Source of the DNA: Chthonomonas calidirosea
Lineage (GTDB): Bacteria; Armatimonadota; Fimbriimonadia; Fimbriimonadales; Fimbriimonadaceae
Assembly (NCBI GenBank): GCA_945859975.1
Contig: CAMAPH010000003.1
Span: 64,001-128,000, forward strand
Reading direction: 5' to 3'
DNA: 64,000 nt
In this document: piece after piece, positions 57,099 through 64,000 of the stretch
Position numbering within the stretch: the stretch's first letter is position 1
How the letters are laid out: each line of letters starts with the position of its first letter
Program-made: the position numbers and the translations under genes
The notes under the pieces: generated by a model
Databases searched by the model: none
Told to the model about the DNA's origin: nothing
Seen by the model: the letters and a program-made list of their open reading frames with translations, nothing else

Positions 57099-58072
57099 TA
57101 GTTCGCTACCAGTCCCCACATTGGGTAGTTGATGTTCAAGTTCGGCTGCACGAAGCCGAGGTTGCCCGAGGTCAGGTACCGGCAGTCGTCCTGGAAGGTC
57201 CAGCCTGCGGTGTGGCTACCCGTCACGCCCAAGTACTCGAGCTTCGAAGGGGTTCGGCCGAGGAAGTTTCCAGCATTAAGGAACTTCGCGCTGCCGTCAG
57301 TGAAGCCAACGGTGACGCCGCCCGAAGCGATCTTTGCCGAGTCTGGCTCGGTTCCGCTGGTTCCTGCGATGCAGTCAGCGATCGTGCCCTTCATGAGCTT
57401 ATAACGCCAGAATTCCCGGATTGCTGCTGGGTAGATCGTGACGGTTGGGGTGATTCCCTGGGAGTCGACCGATCCGCCTGGAAGCATTGGAACGCCGGAG
57501 TTTGGAACTTCCAGCATGATCAACGTCTCGGATGGCGATGGAACCGAGGTGGTGGAACCGCCAAGCCAGCTGTTTCGAACCTGTCGCGAGAAGGTCGGCG
57601 TTCGGTTGTAGGTGTCCAACTGTCCGGTAACCGAGGTATTCAGTGCAAAACCGCCAACGATCTGGCCGTTGTTGTTCCAGTTTGCGCTGTCCTTAACGCG
57701 AAGTGGGTGCTCGAAGAGAGGAACGTTCTTGATGTACGGGAAAACCCACTTCTGCCAAGAGAAAGCGTTTCGTCGGTACTTGAAGTTGCCGGTGGTGCAG
57801 CCGACGCCGATACCGTTAGCCGGAAAGTCGTTGAGGTTCAGAGCTGAGTTCAGCGAGCTACCAGCAACGCAATCGTCGTTTCGCGGATACAGGTCGTCGT
57901 AGTCGGTGGTGTAGAGGATGATGCCGAGACCGATCTGCTTCTGGTTCGAAAGTGCAGCGGTCTTCTTCGCCGCAAGCTTGGCTTGTGCGAATACAGGGAA
58001 CAAGATCGCCGCTAGGATCGCAATAATCGCGATCACGACTAGGAGCTCGATAAGGGTGAATGCTTTTTTCAT
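57098..58072 (-). CDS. Prepilin-type N-terminal cleavage/methylation domain protein, cassette 3
   Basis: Same N-terminus; GFTDGSAK; NYPMWGL. Confidence 0.9.
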   Translation of the reverse strand: MKKAFTLIELLVVIAIIAILAAILFPVFAQAKLAAKKTAALSNQKQIGLGIILYTTDYDDLYPRNDDCVAGSSLNSALNLNDFPANGIGVGCTTGNFKYRRNAFSWQKWVFPYIKNVPLFEHPLRVKDSANWNNNGQIVGGFALNTSVTGQLDTYNRTPTFSRQVRNSWLGGSTTSVPSPSETLIMLEVPNSGVPMLPGGSVDSQGITPTVTIYPAAIREFWRYKLMKGTIADCIAGTSGTEPDSAKIASGGVTVGFTDGSAKFLNAGNFLGRTPSKLEYLGVTGSHTAGWTFQDDCRYLTSGNLGFVQPNLNINYPMWGLVAN

Positions 58073-58105
58073 GAGAGACGCTCTTCGTTCGAACCGAACA
58101 ATGAA

Positions 58106-58137
58106 ATTTTGCCCTTTTTTTGTTAACAAAATGTTAT
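58106..58137 (-). promoter_or_regulatory. Direct-repeat box + -10, cassette 3
   Basis: ATAACA-ttttg-TTAACA-N9-CAAAAT (minus strand). Confidence 0.65.
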
Positions 58138-58213
58138 TGGGCCGCAAAAAGTCTAGTCCGGACTTGGTGCCCCGTCAAGGTCGCGTCAGGCACGTGCGCC
58201 ATTCTGCCCCCTC

Positions 58214-59464
58214 CTATTCTTTGTAGAGTCGAGCTTGTTCCCGGAAGCCAGCAAACTCTAGAACTTCATGTTCCATCCGACCGGTAATTTCTGCAAGTGA
58301 GGTTTGGCTTTCGATGACATTACGAAGCCAGTCATTACCCGCGAGAATGTCGATTGGCATTCGATCGTGAACGTATTCGTACGGTGGTTGTTTCCAGGAG
58401 AATCCGTTTAGTTGAGTCTCCGCCGACGCCGCTTCAAACATGCTTGGGCGTTCAACTTTGCTGGAATCGACAAGGCCGGTCTGACGAATACAGGCTTGAA
58501 GAATCGCAATGTAGGTCAACACCGGACGAAACGTTAAGCGATCCGTGACATGGACAAAACATCCCTCGCACAGCTTTTTGGCGTGCTTGTTGAAAGTTGG
58601 TTCGAACTGGATCGGGCGGAACTTCACACCTTCCAAACCAAGCCCGTTGAGATCTTCCGCCAGCTTCCAACCGTCCAAGAACGGCGCGCCAAAGGTTTCA
58701 AAGGGTCGAGTTGTACCGCGGCCCTCGCTTAGGTTTGTGGCCTCCAACAGGCAACCGCCGGGATAGACAACCGCCGTTTCGACGGTGGGCATGTTTGGGC
58801 TTGGCATTGCCCACGGATAGTCGAGCGTATCGAAATACTGATCCCGGTGCCAACCCTGGACCTCCACGATGTCCACCTCGGCCCGACCCGACAAGTAGCG
58901 GGCATTGACGTAGCGAAGCACCTCTCCTGCGGTGAGTCCATGGCGAGTTGGGACGGAGTACAGACCCACAAAACTCGAATACGTCATGTCCAAAACCGGC
59001 CCTTCCACCTGAGTGCCGCCGATTGGATTGGGGCGATCGAGGAGCAGCATCGGAATCCCCAGCTCGGAACAAGCCTCCATGCAATGACAGATCGTCCAGA
59101 CGAAGGTGTAATAGCGGCTGCCAATGTCGGGGATATCTGCGACCAAGAGCTCAACACCGGTGAGCATTTCGGCGGTCGGCTTTCGATGATTGCCATAGAG
59201 CGAATGGATCACGAGTCCGGTCCGCGAATCGGGCAAACCTTCCCACTCGATCATGTTGTCTTGGGTGTGCCCATAAAGCCCGTGCTCGGGCCCGAAGACT
59301 GCCGCGATCGTGAGAAAACCGGATCGGTGGAGCGGCAAGAGCAAATCCAGAATGTGATCTGCGTTCACATCGATGGTCGCTTGGTTGCACACGACGCCAA
59401 TCCGCTTTCCGCGCAATTTTGCGAAGTCCGAGGCGACAAGCTGATCAAGTCCGGTTGCGATCAC
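58214..59464 (-). CDS. Exo-beta-N-acetylmuramidase NamZ family (DUF1343)
   Basis: FGPEHG, DIGSRYYT, LDRPNP, RHGLTAGE, PSPNMP, SEGRGTTRPFE. Confidence 0.92.
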   Translation of the reverse strand: MIATGLDQLVASDFAKLRGKRIGVVCNQATIDVNADHILDLLLPLHRSGFLTIAAVFGPEHGLYGHTQDNMIEWEGLPDSRTGLVIHSLYGNHRKPTAEMLTGVELLVADIPDIGSRYYTFVWTICHCMEACSELGIPMLLLDRPNPIGGTQVEGPVLDMTYSSFVGLYSVPTRHGLTAGEVLRYVNARYLSGRAEVDIVEVQGWHRDQYFDTLDYPWAMPSPNMPTVETAVVYPGGCLLEATNLSEGRGTTRPFETFGAPFLDGWKLAEDLNGLGLEGVKFRPIQFEPTFNKHAKKLCEGCFVHVTDRLTFRPVLTYIAILQACIRQTGLVDSSKVERPSMFEAASAETQLNGFSWKQPPYEYVHDRMPIDILAGNDWLRNVIESQTSLAEITGRMEHEVLEFAGFREQARLYKE

Positions 59465-59583
59465 CGCTGAACTTTACTCTCCGGAACGACCGCCGAAAGA
59501 ATTTGTCACGGCAACGTCACGGAGATGTTTCGGGACGGTTGGAATCATGTATCCATCGCTCAAAGAGAGCGAGAAGAGAAACC

Positions 59584-60492
59584 ATGAAAAATTCGCAAAT
59601 CCTCGTTGCTCGTGCTCTGTTCATTTCCGGCGTAGCAATGGCACTTGCGTCGGGTGCCAATGCCCAGTTTTCCTTCACCCCAAAGGCCCCCCAGCACCTG
59701 TTCCGCGCCGAACAGATGGCGCTCGGGATCCACGAACAAACTTACTATGGCCACCTGGGCGAGCATGTGAACGGAGCATACGTCTCCCACAATCGATACG
59801 GGGCCAGTTGGGCAAACACGGTCGTTGAGTTCGGAACCTCGATCTACACCAAAGACAAGCCGGTGTACGCGACCTACTACAAGAACAATACGGTCTGCGG
59901 AAACTTCGTCACGCGGATGCTGGGAGTCGCCTACAACTGGGATTGGACCCAGTACAGCATTCCTGGCGAAACGGCAACGAACAGCCCAAACAGCCGACAG
60001 TACGCGAAGCTGATTCAAAACAACATCGGATTCACGCAAGTCACCGACATTGCGACCGTGACAAAAGGCGACATCATGGTGATCGACTACAAGACGGATC
60101 CCGACAGTGACGTCAATAGCGGTCACACGATGATCGTTCGAAGCAACAACGGCTTCTTCACGACTCAAGCCGATGCGGTTGAAAGCAAGGTGTACCGAGT
60201 TTGGTCGTTCGGGATCGTCGACAGCACTTCTTCGCCCCACGACGACACGTATGACCGTGCCGATAGCCGCAGAATCACCTTGAAATCTGGTGCGACGCAC
60301 TCGGCCAAGGGTGCCGGAGTTGGGACGCTCTTTGTGATCACAGACACGGCCAACGCCATTCAGGGATATGCCTGGAAGTTTACGACGGCTTCGTTTAGTA
60401 AGTCGTACACGAACATCATGAGCAATAGCGGCCAGACCCAGACGGCAAGACCGATCTCCATTGGTCGGCTGATCCTGCCAGCACAACCTTAA
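59584..60492 (+). CDS. Secreted hypothetical protein, probable NlpC/P60/CHAP-like Cys-His peptidase
   Basis: Signal peptide (…ASGANA); VCGNFV, KGDIMVI, SGHTMIV, IVDSTSSPH. Confidence 0.6.
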   Translation: MKNSQILVARALFISGVAMALASGANAQFSFTPKAPQHLFRAEQMALGIHEQTYYGHLGEHVNGAYVSHNRYGASWANTVVEFGTSIYTKDKPVYATYYKNNTVCGNFVTRMLGVAYNWDWTQYSIPGETATNSPNSRQYAKLIQNNIGFTQVTDIATVTKGDIMVIDYKTDPDSDVNSGHTMIVRSNNGFFTTQADAVESKVYRVWSFGIVDSTSSPHDDTYDRADSRRITLKSGATHSAKGAGVGTLFVITDTANAIQGYAWKFTTASFSKSYTNIMSNSGQTQTARPISIGRLILPAQP

Positions 60493-60498
60493 AGGCGT

Positions 60499-60897
60499 CT
60501 ATCCAACGCTCATGCCATCGACAATCGCCTGGAAGGCTGATTTCCAGGCGGTTTCCACTTCTGGTGTCCATTGCTCGCCTAGGGTAAGCGCCATTTCCGT
60601 CAACAGAACCTGCCCCATCGGTGCGTAATGGTCCGGCTTCACGCCGTACGCCTCGTGCCGCTTTCCGAGCCCGGAGAGCATTGGCTCCAGAATCTCCGGG
60701 TGTTCGATCTGCTCCACTAGAAAACTCAGCATCTCCATCAGGCGAGCTTTCTGCCTCGTCATGTCGGTGCCAAACATCGGTCGGGTCTCCGGCAGTGCAG
60801 CAAACAGCGCGGAATAGAATCGTTCGGCAAAATCCGACTCGGGTGCGCCGAGAAGGGTCACCGAACGGTTTAACTCGCGAATCTGATTCGACGTCAT
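60499..60897 (-). CDS. Single-domain globin (flavohemoglobin/Vgb-like globin fold)
   Basis: FYSALF..PETRPMF, Q at E7, LGKRH (proximal His) EAYGVKPDHY, AW. Confidence 0.9.
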   Translation of the reverse strand: MTSNQIRELNRSVTLLGAPESDFAERFYSALFAALPETRPMFGTDMTRQKARLMEMLSFLVEQIEHPEILEPMLSGLGKRHEAYGVKPDHYAPMGQVLLTEMALTLGEQWTPEVETAWKSAFQAIVDGMSVG

Positions 60898-63794
60898 AAC
60901 ACCACGCTATCAAGTCGTCGGGACATTTCCGTGACAAATGCCGGTTCTCGAACAAATTCTTCTGCCGCCGCGTTTGCCATGGCACACGCCATGTCTTTCG
61001 AGTCGCACGTCCAGAGTGAGGACCAGACCGGGTGCGCCGGTCCATCGGATTCTTTTCCGCGCCAGTGGGCCGCCGCTGCTTCGGCGGCAAGGGAGAGGCT
61101 CGGATTCGCTTCACGAGCGCACATTGAGAACAAATCGAACGAATTGGCCAGGAACAAGTCGCTGAGCTGCGCGCAACCGGTGAACAGCTTAGAGATCGCG
61201 ATCCGAAATCCGACAAGATCGCCCGTGCGGTGCGAATGTGATGCGCGAACTCGATAGGTTTCCCAAAGCAGGCTTCGATTGCCACCGCGCTCGGCAATCT
61301 CGTCGGCTTCATGCATGATCGTCTCGAACTCGCTCGGTTCGATTTCTGCGTACGCCAGAAGCGCGCCGCACAGGAAGTCCTGCAGGCCAATCTCCCTTAG
61401 CCGCTGTGTCCCCTGGCGCAAAAGCGGACGTGCGGCTTCGGATCGGCCGGCTCCTAGATAGATCCGCGCAAGGTCGGCATAGCTACGTGACATTTCCGCC
61501 AGGTCCGGAGATCGTAATCTTGCCGCGAAGACTTGTTCGGCTATCTGGACGGCACTCGCAATCTCGCCTTTCTTCAAAAGCAGGTTGCTGATTCCCGATC
61601 GGGCAAGGTCCCGGCCGTTAGGCTGATTTAGCCGGTCGAACGTATCTGCCGCGCTTTGGGCAAGTTCGATGGCACGATCCACGTTTGTAAAGGCGAGGGT
61701 TCGGGCAGACCAGTTCATCTGCACCCATGCCACACCGCCAACGTCGCCGATCGCCGAAAAGGCTTTTTCGGCTCGGGCGAAGGCTTCATCCGCTTCCAAA
61801 TCCTCCCGCAGGAGGGAGAGAAAAAGGGCCAGACCAAGTGCCGCCTCCGCAAACGTGATCGTTTGCGTTTCCGTCGCTTGTCGTACGGCAACGCGAACGG
61901 GTTCGACGAGCTTGGCCGCGTTGCCCTGGGCGCATCCCCAACGCCAAATCCCGACCACAAACTTGGTCGCGATCGAAGGAGCAACCTGATTCGCGCGTCG
62001 AATGGCCCAGTCCAGTAGGTCGGCCTCTTTGGCCATCTCCGCGTAGGCCACCGCTTGCTCGGGTCCCGTCTGCTCCCGGCTCAGGCGGTATGCCCAAGTG
62101 GCGATCCCTTCCAAGACTGCGGTCTCTTCCGCTTCGAGTTCGGAAGCGTCGCCCGCTGAGCGGATGGCGGCCCGGATGGGTTCAAGCACTCGGAATCTAC
62201 GCCCTGCGCTGGTCGCTTCGACTTGCAACAAGCAGCGGCGGGCGAGTGATTCCAATAGCTCCGGGGCACCGGAACCCAGAATCTGGTCCGCCAAGCTGCG
62301 GTTGGTGCCGTTGGGCAAAAACGCTAACCTGGTCATCGCGGTGCGGAGTTCGGGGTCAAGTTCGGCGCGGATTCCCAGCCAGGCGGCTTCCAATCCGGGT
62401 TCGCGCTGCGCTCCCGAGCCACCCTTGAGAACCCACTCCGTGAATCCCTTGTCCCATTGCTGCAGAATCTCGCTCGGGGTCAGGATTCGGAGACGGCTGC
62501 CGTACAGCCGGAGCGCTAGCGGCAGGCCATCCAGCTTCTGGACGATCATGCGAATCGCCGACCAATCGGATTCGGTGAAGGCATCAACAATCGAGGCGTC
62601 AAGTCCGTACAGTAGAAGCTGTACCGAGGCGTAGGTTCGCAACTCGGCCGGCGATTGGTTCGAGGCGGGAATGGGCAACGGACCGAGGTAGATCGGGCTC
62701 AAATCCTCTCGCCCCAAGTTCGCGCGCGAAATGGTTAGCAGGCGATGCCCAAGACGCCGGGCAGATTCTGCTGCGTGGCCCAGTTGCTGGGGAGACAGTT
62801 CTTCAAGCCGTAGCACCAGCGAACCCTGAGGCGTATTGCTCTCGAGCCCATGCACGACCGGCAGCCCGGTTTGCTGACGGAAGTGCCAGGCAATCTCGCG
62901 CGCGAAGTGGGATTTGCCAATGCCGATCGGCCCAATGAGGTTCACCCAGGCTTGCGGATTTTCGAGGGCAGCTAAGGCAGCCGCGAGTTCGCTTTCGCGA
63001 CCGAATGTGGTTGGCGGACGCAACACCGGCTCGGTGACTACAGCAACCGAGACCGGCGCGCGATCTGCGGGGGCTTCTCGCAGAATGGAGCGCAGTTCGT
63101 CGCTTGGCCGCCGACCAAGCTCGCGTTGCAGCAGTTCTTCGTAGTTCTGCAGCGCCTGTCGCGCCCTCGGGTGCTTACCCCGCGCGACCAATCGCCGCAG
63201 AAGGGCCCGTTGAGAATCTTCGTCCAGCGGGTCGTGTTGAACGGCTTGGAGGCTGGACTCGATAGCTTCATCCAGAAGGCCTCCCGCTTCTTGAGCTTCG
63301 GCCAGGGCCAGCCATGCTTGGCGAACACGTTCAGCGTACGATTGCCGAACGGAGAGAGTCCACGGCTCAAGGTAGCCCGCCAAAAACGGACCCGTGACCT
63401 GCTTTGTCGCGAGATCGTATTGCTGAATTCGGCGCTCCGAATCCTCGGCGATCGAAGCGTTGCGCATCGCCGCATCAAACTCCCAGACATCAACCGCAAG
63501 GTCCGTTGCCACCAATGAGACCCATTGTCGGTCCGCGTCGATGATGTGCCCAAACGGACCAAGCGATTCTCTCAGGCGCCGAAGCTCTTGCCGTAGCCGG
63601 ACTCGCGTTACATCGAGATATTCGTCGGGCCACAACTCTTCCGCCAGTTCGTCCCGGCCCATGCGTCGGTCGCGCGCGGTTGCTGCGCGGGCCAAAATGA
63701 GAGCACTTCGACGAGTTGGAAACCGGGCAAGGGTCCCCTCGGCGTGTTCAATTCGGAGTGGCCCGAAGAGATGCAAACGGGCCACTAAACTCAC
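60894..63794 (-). CDS. AfsR/SARP-like regulator: wHTH + BTAD + STAND NTPase + TPR
   Basis: LHLFGPLRI, RDELAEELWP, DPLDE, FGRESEL, GPIGIGKS, KLDGLPLAL, TPR-like helical C-terminus. Confidence 0.88.
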   Translation of the reverse strand: MSLVARLHLFGPLRIEHAEGTLARFPTRRSALILARAATARDRRMGRDELAEELWPDEYLDVTRVRLRQELRRLRESLGPFGHIIDADRQWVSLVATDLAVDVWEFDAAMRNASIAEDSERRIQQYDLATKQVTGPFLAGYLEPWTLSVRQSYAERVRQAWLALAEAQEAGGLLDEAIESSLQAVQHDPLDEDSQRALLRRLVARGKHPRARQALQNYEELLQRELGRRPSDELRSILREAPADRAPVSVAVVTEPVLRPPTTFGRESELAAALAALENPQAWVNLIGPIGIGKSHFAREIAWHFRQQTGLPVVHGLESNTPQGSLVLRLEELSPQQLGHAAESARRLGHRLLTISRANLGREDLSPIYLGPLPIPASNQSPAELRTYASVQLLLYGLDASIVDAFTESDWSAIRMIVQKLDGLPLALRLYGSRLRILTPSEILQQWDKGFTEWVLKGGSGAQREPGLEAAWLGIRAELDPELRTAMTRLAFLPNGTNRSLADQILGSGAPELLESLARRCLLQVEATSAGRRFRVLEPIRAAIRSAGDASELEAEETAVLEGIATWAYRLSREQTGPEQAVAYAEMAKEADLLDWAIRRANQVAPSIATKFVVGIWRWGCAQGNAAKLVEPVRVAVRQATETQTITFAEAALGLALFLSLLREDLEADEAFARAEKAFSAIGDVGGVAWVQMNWSARTLAFTNVDRAIELAQSAADTFDRLNQPNGRDLARSGISNLLLKKGEIASAVQIAEQVFAARLRSPDLAEMSRSYADLARIYLGAGRSEAARPLLRQGTQRLREIGLQDFLCGALLAYAEIEPSEFETIMHEADEIAERGGNRSLLWETYRVRASHSHRTGDLVGFRIAISKLFTGCAQLSDLFLANSFDLFSMCAREANPSLSLAAEAAAAHWRGKESDGPAHPVWSSLWTCDSKDMACAMANAAAEEFVREPAFVTEMSRRLDSVVL

Positions 63795-63839
63795 GCCGAC
63801 TATTATTGCAAAGTGCGAGCAAAACTTGGCAAAAAATGC

Positions 63840-64000
63840 CTAGTCCGCGGTGGCGTAGATGGCTTCGTCTTCCGCCGTAAACGGCAAATCCACCCTTCCA
63901 CCGGTACGGCCGGAATGGTAAGTGGCAAAGATAAGCTCCGTTGCGCGCAGGGCCCGGCGAGCCGAGAGTTCCGACTCTTGACCGGTTTCGAGGCTAGCCG
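63840..64000 (-). CDS. 3' end of a probable Gfo/Idh/MocA oxidoreductase (partial)
   Basis: ...ELSARRALRATELIFATYHSGRTGGRVDLPF...* read manually. Confidence 0.6.
   Translation of the reverse strand, partial: ASLETGQESELSARRALRATELIFATYHSGRTGGRVDLPFTAEDEAIYATAD

Noticed and set aside
54414..58072. Pilin-like paralogs as diversity-generating retroelement or shufflon targets
   Set aside because: No reverse transcriptase, recombinase or near-identical TR/VR pair seen; divergence is spread through the genes and includes synonymous sites, consistent with old duplications.

Overview
A gene-dense bacterial chromosomal window, about 58-60% GC by eye, mostly core and cell-envelope genes. I saw no transposase, integrase, prophage or CRISPR-Cas. 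The gene mix suggests Armatimonadota/Fimbriimonadia (inference): LPS genes (lpxK, lpxL, two GT9) occur with Terrabacteria-type darA-holB and purS, plus paralogous '[31 protein letters not shown]' pilin-like proteins. RNA genes: tRNA-Ser/Thr/Tyr and SRP RNA. Core genes: tyrS, dnaX-ybaB-recR, holA, holB, purSQ, hisG, udk. Known modules: MoxR-DUF58-transglutaminase, CP-ATP-grasp/alpha-E/transglutaminase, ECF sigma/anti-sigma/RseB/DegP, a dgcA/dgcN-like pair, NamZ, AmpG, GH44, GH65. Most unusual observations: (1) seven 22-bp internally palindromic tandem repeats immediately upstream of an AAA+/DUF4143 ATPase-nuclease; (2) three tandem cassettes of pilin-like protein + tiny lipoprotein + terminator, each with the same 11-bp-period direct-repeat box exactly 9 nt from a -10 hexamer; (3) a Fur-fold protein lacking the canonical metal-ligand motifs, divergent from a small CC1/DUF5679-like protein; (4) a TyrRS whose HIGH motif reads TLGW; (5) pervasive leaderless-type promoters. 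All calls come from reading the sequence; no searches were run.
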